Positions 1 to 12,690 of a stretch of DNA of 64,000 nucleotides are shown here, piece after piece; the first letter of the stretch is position 1; each line of letters starts with the position of its first letter. Position numbers and translations under genes: made by a program. The stretch is from assembly GCA_003971905.1 (NCBI GenBank), contig RSEE01000006.1, positions 186,001-250,000 of the forward strand, written 5' to 3'. Source of the DNA: Moniliella sp. 'wahieum'. Lineage: Eukaryota. The notes under the pieces were generated by a model. That model ran no database searches. It had not been told where the DNA came from and saw only the letters and a list, made by a program, of their open reading frames with translations.

Positions 1-724
1 TTGGCATTCTCTGGACTTGAGCATAACCTCCGCCATGATCTCCTCCTTACTCCGCGGCTTTCCCTCTGCGTCTTCCCTGGCCACACCTTCCGGCAACTCG
101 TCGTCAAAGGGGTTGTAGGTTGTTGGGCACCTGCTTCCTCCTCATCGTCGGTACCCAGTCCGGCACCAAGAACACAATCGTCCATGCCCGATAAGCTTTG
201 GCCAAAGTGGGTCAACCCTTCGTCCTCCGAGTCATCAAGGTTAAACAGGCTCGCCTTGCCCGCGGCGGCGGTGGCAGAGCCACTTGTGAGCTGTCGTTTG
301 CGTTCGGCAGTAAAACGTTCGAGCATGCGCTGCTCCACCGACATGTTGGGGTTGTTCTCGCCGAACCGGCGATCGACAAACGCCCGCGCTTGTGCCGGTC
401 CTGCAGCTGCGGCAGCAGCTGGGCCTTCCGTGCGGCTATGGCAGCTGACTTGGAATCAGCCGGCCGGCCGACGGTACCCTTGGCGTTCTTGTGTTGGATG
501 CTGGCGCGGGTGAGAATGTCGCGCTTCTGCTTGGTAACTTTGGTGTCAAACGTGCTGGCAAACGCATCGCCCAGGGCGGAGCGTGCCTCGAGGCGTGTGC
601 GCGCCTTGGCGTTCGCGCCGGAGGCAGACGAGCGCTTCTTCCCCTCGGACGGACCTCCCCGCAGGCCATCGCTAACCGCTCGGTTCTTGAGCTGGGCCAG
701 CTGGGAGCCTCCCTTCTTGGCCAT
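1..724 (-). CDS. NOP14: Nucleolar protein Nop14 (N-terminal part, runs off window start)
   Basis: MAKKGGSQLAQLK... then, across a frameshift, VDRRFGENNPNMSVEQRMLERF and NLDD...LTHFGQSLS, matching the Nop14 N-terminal motifs. Confidence 0.85.
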
Positions 725-951
725 GGCTGTGGTGTGGGACGCCCAAGCGGTTGATGCTGATGTGCAAGGTGGATATTTTTTTGGGCCACAACGGATCGGT
801 GCAAGTGCGGTCGACTGCCAGTTTCAATTTCCGACCACTTTTTTTTTTAATTACTTGCTGCCCCCTCTCGGGTCGATCTCAGGCCCGCTGGAGGAAGGGA
901 GGCCATCCGCTTGCGACAGACCACCATCTCCACCGCGTCGTTCCCGAGAGG

Positions 952-2794
952 ATGGACTCGGCCGCTAATTCGCGCATCGCTCGCTCCCATGCCGCCCAGG
1001 ACCGCATTGAAGCCAAGCTGAAGGCCGCGCGTGAGCGGGCTGCGGCCAAGGCAGCTCCCCCGGCCCAGGACGGCCATGAGGAGGACCAAGCCCCCGGCGC
1101 AGCTCCTGTTTCCCCTCCCATCCTGCTGCCCTGCCCGCCCACCTTCCCTCCGACGAGTCTGATACAAAGCCGCAATCATTCGGAGAGCTGGGCATCACCC
1201 CTCCTCTCGTCCGTTCGCTTTCCAACCTGGCCATCACCGTCCCCACCGACATTCAAGCGCTTACCATCCCTGCCATTCTGGCTGGCGGGAGGGATGTTGT
1301 GGGCGGAGCCCAGACGGGTGCCGGTAAGACCCTCTGTTTTGCTCTGCCGATATTACAACGCCTGGCTGCCGACCCCGTCGCTGGATTTGCCCTTATCCTC
1401 ACCCCGACGCGCGAACTGGCCATGCAGCTGCACCAGCAATTCGTAGCTGTAGCCCAGGGTATCCGGCCGCCGCTTGGCTTGCACTCGGCTCTTGTGGTGG
1501 GTGGGTTGGACCAGCTCAAGCAAGCGTCAACGTTGGCGAACGTGCGCCCGCATGTCATCATCGCCACCCCGGGTCGACTGGTGGACTTGCTGCGGAGCAG
1601 TGGCAACGGATACAATGGCCTACTGTCGCGTTGCCGCTTCGTCGTCCTGGACGAGGCAGACCTGCTCTTGACGCCTTCTTTCGCTCCTGAATTGGCCTAT
1701 TTGTTCCAGGAGGCTCTGCCGCCTGCCAAGCAGAGGCAAACGCTCCTCTTCACCGCTACCTTGACCGAGTCGATTGATGCGCTGGTTGCGAAGAATGCGA
1801 CACGCGCCTCTGACGAGGGCAAGTTGCCACCGCTTGTTTGCAAGATTGATCAGGCTACCTCCACCCCCAAGGAGTTGATTCAGCGCTACATTCTCGTTCC
1901 TTCACATATGCGTGAACCCCACCTTTATCATATGCTGCGCCATTCGCCGGCCTTGCGCCAACTGATGCGCAGGCCAAAGGAGCGCTCCTCGGATTCTGGC
2001 AAGTCTGACTTGCAGGACGAGATTGAGAAGAAGCAAGAAGAGGAAGAAGAAGAAGAGTACGAGGTACTCCCTCACGAGGAAGAAGGGGAAAGCGAGGATG
2101 AGGAGAAGATGCAAGCCAAGCTAAAGCAGACACCTACTATCATCTTTGTCAACCGCAGCTCCATGGCCGAGCAAGTGTCGAGGATGCTGACCCTGCTTGA
2201 CATTCCCAATGTGGCGTTGCACAGTCTTTTGGACCAGCGACAGAGACTGGACAACCTACAAGCCTTCCGTGCTGCCAAGTACCCTGTCCTTGTCTCTACC
2301 GACGTTGGTTCGCGCGGCCTTGACATTCCCCAAGTCCAGTGCGTGATCAACTTTGACTTACCGGCGGCATGGGAGGACTATGTGCACCGCGTCGGTCGTA
2401 CCGCCCGCCATGGCAAGATCGGATGGGCAGTGAGTTTCGTGACGGAGCACGATGTCAAGTTGGTCCAGTCGATTGAAGAGAAGATCGGGACTCGGTTGAC
2501 CGAGCTCAAGGGCTTCACTGATCGCGCAGGTGGGTCGGGGTTCACATTACACAAGACGGGAGAAGAATGCTAGAGCACTTGTCGCGCGTCATGGCGGCCA
2601 AGCGCACTGCCCGCCTCGATATGGACGATGCCAAGATGGGCGCGGCAGGAACGAAACAAGCGCAAAAGCGAGCTCCGATCCGACTCTGGTCGCAAAAAAC
2701 ACAAAAAGAACAAGCCCAAGCAGCCCAAGGCCTAAAACAGGGGAAGAAGCAATTAATGGATGTGGAGGCGTGTATGCAGTCTACCTCAACTTAG
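952..2794 (+). CDS. DBP8: DEAD-box RNA helicase, Dbp8/DDX49-like
   Basis: GGAQTGAGKT, LTPTRELAMQ, ATPGRL, VLDEAD, TAT, TDVGSRGLDIP, YVHRVGRTAR; frameshifts near both ends. Confidence 0.85.
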
Positions 2795-3681
2795 TTGTCC
2801 GGCAGAGTCATAGGCAGCAGAGCACAGGCTACCCTACGCCCCTCGGACTGGAGAAGGTTGTACGTCGAGGCGGCGTGACCCGTGTCTTGCACCTCGACTT
2901 GGATGCCCAAGTTGCCCAAGTAAGCTCGGATTGGGGGTGGCAGAGGCAGCGCCCGAAAGCCCGTACCAAAGATAAGGATATCTGGGTAAGCAGTTAGGAC
3001 GTGTTTCCTCCCTTCAAAGACCCGGAGCGAGGGATGAGAATCCAGAGAGAACGTACCTGGCTTGGGTGCTACCACCTCAAATAGTTTCCAAATTTCGTCT
3101 TGGCCCGTCTCCTTGTCGAGCCACGCCTCCCAGCCTCCGGGTACAAGAGCAGGGGAATGCGAAGCGGGCGCAGAACGACCACCAGGAGGGAACTGGCGGA
3201 GTCGTGCATTCATTGCATTGGTCAGCACAGCCGTGGGGCTGAGGGGAGGCGGGCGCCAAAGAAAGAGTGTATTGTTGAGGATGATCAATGGCTCCTCGGT
3301 TCGCGGCCCTGTCGAAAGAAGGAAGTGCCCCTTGCGGGCTGGGGACCCAGAGGGGGCATTAGGGTCAGGGTTTCCCACTCGGGTTACCACCAGACTGCCA
3401 TCTTCTTCTTCCAGTAGGTTGACGTAGTTAGCGCTCTTGCCCAGCTCGGGGGCCGCCGCCTCCTCTGCGTCAGTACGGAACGTCTTGAGCTCCGGTCCAC
3501 GCGAGGTACAAGAGGAGCTAACGCCGCGGATAAGCACATGATCTCGTGACACGATGTTGGGCCTCAGTTGGCGGGAAGCGGTCCCGGCGATAAGAGAGCG
3601 CGCGATACTGGGAGACCATCGGAGCGCGTGCATCTGGGAATGCAAGAGTAGAGATGGTGGTTGCTTCGCCATCAGCTTCAA
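2791..3681 (-). CDS. Mth938-domain protein, complex I assembly factor NDUFAF3-like
   Basis: C-terminal PDILIFGTG...LGIQVEVQDTGHAASTYNLLQSEGRRVACALLP; Arg/Ser-rich presequence-like N-terminus. Confidence 0.85.
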   Translation of the reverse strand: MKLMAKQPPSLLLHSQMHALRWSPSIARSLIAGTASRQLRPNIVSRDHVLIRGVSSSCTSRGPELKTFRTDAEEAAAPELGKSANYVNLLEEEDGSLVVTRVGNPDPNAPSGSPARKGHFLLSTGPRTEEPLIILNNTLFLWRPPPLSPTAVLTNAMNARLRQFPPGGRSAPASHSPALVPGGWEAWLDKETGQDEIWKLFEVVAPKPGTFSLDSHPSLRVFEGRKHVLTAYPDILIFGTGFRALPLPPPIRAYLGNLGIQVEVQDTGHAASTYNLLQSEGRRVACALLPMTLPDN

Positions 3682-4195
3682 GCAGCATCGGCAATGCTAG
3701 CGCGTGACATTCTCTCTGCGCGGAATTGATTCCGCCCATTTACCCCACATTATGCGCCACCCCTCGGTTGCAGAGCAGTAAGTATTTGATGACTAGTGGC
3801 TCTTTCCAGGCGCATATTTAGCACCACACGCTTCGGCATATCTGATCGATGTATAGGATTCGGGGAAGCCCTGGAGAAATCCCATACACAAGCGCAATGC
3901 TGGATCCGGGCCCTCATACATATGGTTGGTATAACACACCGACCATTCCCTCAGGTGTGTGGGGTTGGTGAAATGAACGAAAATAATAAAGTTGTACTGC
4001 ATGTAGTATCAGAAAATGCCCAGGGTGCACATCAGTCCCTGTCATACACAGTCAGTCATATACAGTGTTGCTATCCAGTTTTCTCTTTGTTCGTGGTGCA
4101 CATCAATATGTATGGTCCAAGTGTAAAAAGAAGGTATGCACAACAGAGAGCAAAAATGGAAGAAGAAAAAGACATCAAAAAAGGCGAGAAGAACG

Positions 4196-5904
4196 TTACT
4201 TGTCATTAGATGGCTTCTGCTCAATGTCGTAAGATGATGGAGTGAGTGTAGTGGCGACAGCCGTGTCAGCAATTGCAATGTCATGGTGCAGCTCGCGTTC
4301 AAGGGTGGTGTGGTTGGTCACACGCCAAATGAGCAGAGGTACCACAATTAAGAGCGCGCCCACATTGAGCCCCCACGCGACGCCCAGTTGCTCCTCAAAC
4401 GATTTCTTATTGTTCTCCATTCCCCATCCTGCCACGTTGCCTGCACTCTGGATGGCCTTGTACAATCCGCTGATGTAGGCAAGCTTGGAGATGTCGTTGC
4501 TAAGCATGCCAAAGATGGAGTAGCACAGTACTTGTGTACAGGCGTCGATAAGTCCCATGCACATGTATAGTACTGCCCGGCCGCCATAGGGATTCGACTC
4601 GGTCCAGGGATTGTCGGCGCAGGGAGCAACGTGATAGCCACAATGGATGTCGAGGCCCACACGGGTGTTACTCTCGGCGTATTGTCGAAGGCTCATTCCC
4701 TCGGCCGCATAGTGCTCCTTGAATTCCATCAGGACTTTGTACGAACCACCCACACGGTCCAGCAAACGACGAAGGTGATCGCCCATCCGGCCCATGCACG
4801 ATGACGCCGAGTTAGACGTGGTGTATCCAGTACGAAACCCATGATCATCGCGCCAAACATTTGAGCGAGCCAGTAGAGAAGCGAGTTGAGGCCACGAGCA
4901 CGAAGGGAGAAGAAGTAACCATTGTACACGGTTTGCTGCCAGGCATAGCAATAATTGGAACTGAGAGCAAGAGGAATAGAGAGCAAAATCCAGGAGTCCT
5001 GGCACAGTACCCGCACCATGCCCGTCATTTCCTCCTTAAATGGTAACTCTGTGGGAGTGACCACAAGGGTGCCATCGGAACGGACCGTCTTGCGCGGATT
5101 GCGCAACAAAAGTGTCGCGCATGCTCCTACAAAGGTAATCACCGTAAAGGCAATGTACGTGCTGTTGCTCACCTGATTGTCAGACGTGTTCCATCCCAGA
5201 CCCATCTCGATGGCTGATCCCAGGACGCCTCCCAGATTAAAAATGATCCAGAACAACGCGATGGCTATACGAAAGGAACTGTCAGGAGGAGCAGGGGAAG
5301 GAAGAATGCAGAGCGACGTACCTTTGCCCTTGTTCTCCTCGGTGGGGTAGGAAAGCATCAGAGCACCCTGTCCAGTCCAGAGGAAGGAAGCACACATCCC
5401 AAGAATGGCACCCGCGGCAATGACAAAGTTGGTGTTGCCATTGATGTTGTAGCTGAGGAAAGAGGCAGTGTAAAGACAGTAACCAAGAGCACCTGTTTCG
5501 ACAGTGTCAGGTGCAAGGCGTTGCGCAGAAAGGATGGCGTAAAAATGACTTACCAATGAAAATCATCGTCTTGGAACCAACCATGTTGTGGATACTGCCC
5601 GAGATGAAAGAGACGCCGGCAAAAACGGAGTATAAGGCAATGTTGGCCTTAACCGCGGCACTGGGGTCGGACAGGCCGCCACCTCCCATGCCACCAAGGG
5701 CGTTGAACATGCCTGGGCCAAGGAAGCAAACGAAGCCGAGGATGCACACCTGGACCATGGCCGAATCATACCAGCCCAGGAGACCTTTGCGGCGTATGAC
5801 ATGGACCACGTCCACCTCCCCATTGGTGGGCAAGGCGACAGCTCAATGTCGATGTGATCTTTCCGGTCGAGCGACCCTGGGGTTGAAGCAGAGGCAGCAG
5901 ACAT
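4196..5904 (-). CDS. UNC93-like / DUF895 MFS membrane protein (spliced)
   Basis: QVCILGFVCFLGPGMFNALGGMGGGG, FLWTGQGALMLSYPTEENKG, FWIIFNLGGVLG, GLYKAIQSAG; short introns near 5510-5551 and about 5270-5320. Confidence 0.85.
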
Positions 5905-8900
5905 AGGGCGAGAGGGGGTGTGTGGTGGGGGGAAGAAGATGATAAGGGCAAAGGGGCTCAGGCTGAGCGCTGAGTGAATATAGTCAGTGCTCAGCGCGTT
6001 CAGCCTTCAAGTTGGCGCTGTGGATGTGTGGACTGTGATAAATGCAATGGCGTACACTCGGGCTGCGTTGCGGGCCAAGCTGCGGCAGTGCCAACCTGTG
6101 GGCGTGTTGGGAAGCCTTGGGCGGTGCGCTGTTGTTGTGTGCGAGCATGTCTGGCCTCTGTGGCCCGTCTGGCCCCTGGCGGAAGCTAAGCCAGGAACGA
6201 CCCGAAGATCGACGTGGCGGGGGGCTGGCTCCATGCGCCCCATGCTCCCGGTCCCGACCCTCGCCCCCACCCGTCACTACACTGGGCTCGTGCCGGGGGC
6301 AAGCGGAGGCTGGCGCTGTGCCTAATGCGCCTGCCAGCTTCCGGCATCCTTCGCGGCGCTTGTCCCGGGCTGAGCGCCGAGCAGCCGACCATAGCACTAG
6401 GGCGCTGTCGGATCACTGACTGCCCACACTTGTCCCGCAACACGGGCCACGCACAGGGGCAGCCTGGGGGGGCTATCAACGGTATCTCTCCAAGCCTAAG
6501 GCTAATGCCATACTACGTAATCACCCGCAGCCCCTAGTCGCCCCCCCCAGCAGGCCCCAGCTGCTGTGCATGTGATGCATGATGTGTTGGCAGCGTGCGG
6601 CGGGCATAAGGGTGGAGCTAGTCACTAGTCACTCACTAGCCTCCTAGTCACTAGTCACCCCGGCCGCCACGCGCTTGTCCGATTAATGACCGATTGCCTC
6701 GGGCAATCAGACAGGCGTTTTCGCCGAAGGAAACGACGCCCCCGCAATCGCATGTCTCAGGCGTTGCAACGGATTTATTATCCGGAGACGGCAGAGGAAG
6801 AGCCGGGGCAGCCTGTGTTGGCTCAGACACCTCAGGTTGAACGACCATCGATCAGGCAGAACCTGAGAGGCTGAGCGGCTGAGCGCGCTGTGGCTACGCT
6901 CGCGGATCGCTAGTAGATTGGGCAGAGGAATGTCGAGGAGGTCTCGGATGAATCATCAACACGAGCTCACTTTTATAGAGTAGTTGATGTCTCCATGTGG
7001 AAACGAGGAAAGCACCACAGTGACCCGCGGAGCACACCCTCGCAATGCCACAGCCTCGACCCTTAGTGCCTGCACCATAAAACGGATAAGCGCGGAGCTC
7101 TGGCCGAGAGATGTGGGGAAAAGTCCTACTGTTGCACAGACTGAGTTCGGGAGTGGAGATGGTGCACGGGGTAAGGAGTTGCTGATTGGGGGACACAGCC
7201 CAAGACCAAGACATGCGGACAGAGTCGGAGAGGTGGCGAATACGGGCGCATACGCCCATAGGTCGATGGGTGCTCTGAGTGGTGTTTGGTGCTGACATGT
7301 GACAGTCACTATAACATAACATTCTCATATTGGTTCTGCTCATGTATGTTGGGTCGAGGTTGGCCTGCACCGTCTAGTGTTGCCCCGTGGTTAGCTACGT
7401 CTTCCTTCAGTTAGCATACCTACTCAGAAGGTTTTCTTTTCTTGCAGCATGCCTGTATTTGCGTTCCAACCACCTGTAACCTGCTCCCGTAATACTCGAT
7501 ACTCCTCCTCTCTCTCCGCTATATTCGCTGTCTGCATCGTAGAAACTGTGTCTCGATTGCGTTCTGGCATACTTGCGGCGCTATACCCGCATGCCTTGAC
7601 ACGGGTGGGGTCACGAAAACGGGGGAATGGAGGTGGTCGATGGGGGAACAAGGAGCATGAAGGGGGCGAAATCTCTATGTCTTAAGATTTGAGATCTTAA
7701 TTATACATCTCTTTGCTGCACTGTGTAGGATTTTTACGGCAACGAGATTGTCACCGAATGACTAAGCTCGCTCCAATTTCCAATTCCGCATCCGTGTCTC
7801 TCGTTCTTCCCTTCCCTTTTGCTTCTTTTCTCTGCTTGATGCCTTCTGTTTCCTCCCACGAACGATCTTGCCTTTCCCCCCGTCTCTGACAGGACCTTGG
7901 TCTCCCTCGTTTAGCCCCGACTGTTACAGAGATGATTCGTCTTTTATGCCATCACCGTATACCACCGTGCACCACAGAGCGCACTATGGACCTTCTCTCG
8001 GGCGTGGTGAAGCTAGCACCCTGCTCTGCCCAATGTTGGATTAGCTTGTTGCCCATGTGCGATGTGGAAGTAGGGACTATAGCCCAGGCGTGCTGGGTAC
8101 AGCCTGGCACAGCACAGGCACTGGCGAGATAAGGACTACCGGCTCGATTGGTGCTCTCGAGATTTGCCAGGATGCATGTGGGCGGCACAAGACTGAGCCA
8201 CAGCGCAGCGGACGGGATTTGGCGAAAGGTCAACTACTGAGCGGGAGCTTCTGAAGAAGAGAGGGCGGTTGCAAATGGTCGCGATTGGTGCTCTGTGGAC
8301 CGCTTAGTGGTTGCGCACAAGACACTACTGTCCGCCCATCTCCAATAATGAACGCTTCTTCCTTGGACTTACTCTGAGTAGTATTGTTCAGTCTCCTGTA
8401 TTAACACACATGCTGCACTATAACCGCGCAATATCCACTGGATCACCCCGATTGACATATATTAACCCCGAAAAATCCACTGATTATCGTTCCGGCCTTA
8501 CCGGTTCATGATTACATTTAGTACCACTGATTGCCACAGAAATACGACGCAGCGAGTGTCAACGTCCCGGACTTATCTTCGGTTAGCGACCTATACCTCT
8601 TGGGTCCACATGCAAGGACATGAATGCAGCCAAATTCCGGAGCGCATGTTATCCGCACCCAACACTGAGGCTAATCGACGAGATGTTGCGCTTGAGCGGA
8701 CCATGAAGAGATTCGGGGGCTTGCGCGCTGAAGACCTGTGTGAAAGCAGACAGAAATCGATCCCATACTATACACGCACTATTATGCGTACACACTGATG
8801 CAGTCCGATCGATGAGAGGCAATGTCGCTGTTGGATAGAAAAGGGGCTGCATCGAGAGGAACAGAGGGAAATCGACAGCGCCGCAGTACGGCACACTGAT

Positions 8901-9165
8901 GCAGGCGCTACTGAAACGCCGCCCATGTCAGAAGGTATCTCATATTAACAGGTAGCGCCCACTTAGCGCAGCCGGCGAGGGGAACAATATGCAAAACGCC
9001 TACACGGCATAGCGACTCTAAATTGATTGGTGAGGCAGAGCTGTCGATATATAGGAGAGTGTCCATGCCGAATTAACCATATGCACTCGCACCCCACATT
9101 CACCAACACCACCACCTCTCCCCACGACCTCCCGGCCCAGCACCACTCCACCCTGCTCTCCTACC

Positions 9166-11014
9166 ATGCCCAAAGCAATCGGGATCGATCTTGGCACCAC
9201 CTACTCTTGTGTTGCTGTTCTTGAGGGTGAGCGCGGGTTACGATCATTCGCAACAACCACGGCGATAACACCACCCCCTCGTATGTGGCCTTCACGCATG
9301 GAGAGGCTTATTGGTGAGGCGGCGGTCTCGCAGACTGCCAGGAACCCATCCAATACCGTGTTTGACGCCAAACGACTTATCGGCCGCAGATTTGACGATG
9401 AGGTGGTCCAGGACGATATGAAGCACTGGTCCTTTCAAAGTGGTTGATGTGGACGGTCAGCCGGCAATTCAAGTCAATCAAGGGCGATACGAAGACTTTC
9501 ACTCCCGAGGAAATCTCGGCCATGGTTTTGGTCCAAGATGCGCGAGACGGCCGAGGCGTACCTTGGCGGTCCTGTAAAGGATGCTTGGTGACAGTACCTG
9601 CCTACTTCAACACATCCCAACGCCAGGCTACCAAGGACGCTGGTACCATTGCTGGGCTGAACGTCTTGCGCGTTATCAACGAGCCCGACAGCTGCTGCTA
9701 TTTCTTACGGGTTGGACTCATGACTGAACATAAACGTACTGTCCTCGTCTTTGACTTTGGCGGGTACCTTTGACGATCGTTGCTTGAGATTACAAGGGGA
9801 AATTTGAAGTCAAGGCCACCTCCGGTGATACCCATCTCGGTGGTGAAGACTTCGACACCGTCTTGTCGACCATTTTGTCGAGGAATTCAAACGCAAGGAA
9901 AACAAAGACCTTACATCTAACCCTCGCGCTCTTCGCCGTCTCCGTACTTCTTGCGAGCGCGCGAAGCGCATTCTCTCAGAGGCTGAACATACCACAATCG
10001 AGATCGACTCGTTATTTCAGGGTATTGACTTTATCGCCCCTATCAGCCGAATCTTTTGAGGAGCTGTGCAAGACCTATTTGCCGTATCATTGACCCTGTC
10101 GAGAGCGTCCTGCAAGACGCGAACATTAACAAAATGACGTGACTGACGTTGCTTGGTTGGGGGGTCAAAGGATTCCTCGTGTGCAGCGCTTCTGACGGAG
10201 TTCTTTGACGGGCGCAAGCTCGTCGCTCAATCAACCCCGACGAGGCTGTTGCCTATGGCGCCGCCATCCAGGCTGCGATTCTCGCGGAAGACACACATGT
10301 TGAACCAAGAGCTGATTCTGCTCGATGTAGTCCCACTGTCTTTGGGGTTGGAATCACGGGGTGGTCTGTTTAATGTCTTCATCAACGAATTCAATGGTGC
10401 CCACCAAGGCGGTGAACCCTTCACAACGACTTGATGATGGCCAGACTAGTGCCGGATTTTCCGTGTACGAGGGTGAGCGGTGTCTCGCCGCGAAGAACCA
10501 TTTTCTGGGCATTCACGCTACTGATATCCCGCCTGCGCCCTGTGCTCAGCCTACGCTTGATGTGACTTTTGACTTGGACTACAACTCCATTCTCACGGTG
10601 TCGGCGTTTACAAGAAGACGAACAAATCCAAGCGATTACCATCACCGATAGTGGCTGCCTGTCGAAGCAGGACATTGCGCGCATGGTGTCGGATGCGGGA
10701 AGTACAAGCAAGATGATCACGAAGCGCTGGCACGGATCAATGCCTTAAATGAGCTGGATTTGTACGCCTTCCAAATGCGCCTCTGGCTGCGTGAACATAG
10801 ACACGGAAACGTCACGTCGAACGAACGGGAGGTACTGCAAGCGGCGGTCAATGAGACGTTTGACTGGAAGACGAGTACTCAAGGGTGGCTTCAAAGGAGA
10901 TGTTTGAAGAAACGAAGAGAAACCTGCAGGCCATTGCAGACCCCGTCATGCAGGGATTTGAGCGGCGGAGGCGGACCGCTGGACATCACCGCGCCAGTCG
11001 GCAAACACTCTTAG
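9166..11014 (+). CDS. Atypical cytosolic-type Hsp70, copy 1 (many frameshifts; error versus pseudogene unresolved)
   Basis: [40 protein letters not shown]; no EEVD. Confidence 0.9.
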
Positions 11015-11207
11015 TGGTGAGCATCCTCTGTTGTCCACAAGTACTACTACTACAGCGATGGTCACAAGTGGTTGCGGGTGGAACCCAATACATGCCACTA
11101 TTTTTCTCTCTCTTTTTCTCCTTTCCTTTTCTCCTTCTTCTCTCCTTCTTTCTCCTTCTTCCTCTACCATCTCTTTCTCTTCTCGAATCCGGAACCCCAC
11201 TGTTCTC

Positions 11208-11454
11208 TGTTGAGTATCGGACCACATCATCTGGATTCGAGACTCAACAGTTTGGTTCGGCACTGGTTTGGTTTGTCCTGCTTTGTGGGCCAACCGACTT
11301 GGTGGTCTGATATACAAAGTTCTTTTGCTCGAGTGATCCTTTTTCGTTCTTTTCCCTACGTTGCGTATAAGTAGGACGACCCCACGCGGGTATACAATGT
11401 ATTCTTCACCACACGACTCCCTTTGGCTTGCCTGATAGACTCCGCTACTCTACA
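11208..11454. mobile_element. Solo LTR (247 bp)
   Basis: TG...CA ends with imperfect terminal IR (TGTTGAGTATCGG / CCGCTACTCTACA); 5-bp TSD TTCTC at 11203-11207 and 11455-11459; absent from the paralogous flanks of copies 2 and 4, which have one TTCTC. Confidence 0.85.
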
Positions 11455-11596
11455 TTCTCCTAACACTAAGTGCGGTCGAAAAGACCCCCCTCCCTGCCAG
11501 GTCTCCCATCATGAGCACCGCCATCATCGTATGGCCGTCTTCACAATAAGATGACTTACCGAAATTGACTGTGTGATAACATGATGCATGCCCACT

Positions 11597-11899
11597 AATC
11601 TTCTATTACCATATGGCAGGACCCACCAAAAAGTGTGCAACCCTACTGCTCCCCCACCTGCACGTGCCCCCATTGCCGCGCCAACGACCAATAGTATATA
11701 ATCATCACAAACCCGAAACGACCGCAGTCGGCAGCCTTGTGGCCATGGCGACGGCAGTGGCGGCACAACTCTCGGTGTGGATTGAAGGAACACTGTGCGC
11801 GAGTGTGGTCGTTGGTGCGGCAATGGGGGCACGTGCAGGTGGGGGAGCAGTAGGGTTGCACACTTTTTGGTGGGTCCTGCCATATGGTAATAGAAGATT
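11597..11899. mobile_element. MITE/foldback element with 94-bp terminal inverted repeats
   Basis: 11597-11690 is the reverse complement of 11806-11899 with one mismatch; 115-bp spacer; absent at the homologous position of the other units. Confidence 0.85.
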
Positions 11900-12680
11900 T
11901 TTGCGCCATGAAGCAGAACACTCTGTTCGACATACAGTCTTTAAACTACTACTACAGAGGGCTGTTTTAACGGCGGCAATGAACGGAAACGAGAAGTTGA
12001 GAGCATCTTACACGGTAGTGATCGGGTTCCCCAGCACGGCCCTCAATGGGTCGTGACACTCAGTCGCTTAGCCGGGCGGAAGAGTTCTGCTCGCAGGCCG
12101 TGCATGTGCTGCTCACTCCATTCACCTCTCCTTTCTTTTCTCTTCCTTCCGACGTTGCTTGAGGACTTGTACTCCCACCACGTTGCTTCACGCCTTGTCT
12201 GAAGGCTACTTTGCACCTGATCCATAGGATCGCGAGTGCTCCCGAATCGCACTCTAGCAGCCACAAGGACATGATTACAACCAAATTACGGAGCGCATGT
12301 TACACGCCACTCCAACATTGCGGCTGCGTTTGAGCGGACCGTGAGGAGAGTCGGCGGAGGCCTACTACGCGCTGAAGACTTGATGAAAGGAGACGGAAGC
12401 CAATATCTCATACTAGGCATGTATTAGTATTATGCGTACACACCGATGCAGTCCGATCGATGAGAGGGAAATGACGCTTTTGGGTTGAAAAGGGGCGTTG
12501 AGAGGCACAGAGAGGAAATCGACAGTGCCGCAGTACTGCACTGATGCAGAAACGCCCCCCACAGACGGTAGCCCATACTAACAGGCAGCGCCCACTCGGC
12601 GCAGCCGGCGAGAGAAACTTAAAATATGCTAATGTCTTATAGGCACGGTGCTCTATACTGATTGCTGGCATCTGTCGAGA

Positions 12681-12690
12681 TATATATAAG
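12681..12690 (+). promoter_or_regulatory. TATA box of the Hsp70 unit (equivalents near 9048, 15815, 55598)
   Basis: TATATA(A/G)G about 105-120 bp upstream of the ATG in all four copies, in a conserved context CTGTCGA..TATATA..GAGTGTCCATGCCGAATTAACC. Confidence 0.6.

Noticed and set aside
11524..12056. Mirror-image ORFs MAGPTKKCATLLLPHLHVPP on both strands
   Set aside because: Artefact of the 94-bp inverted repeat.
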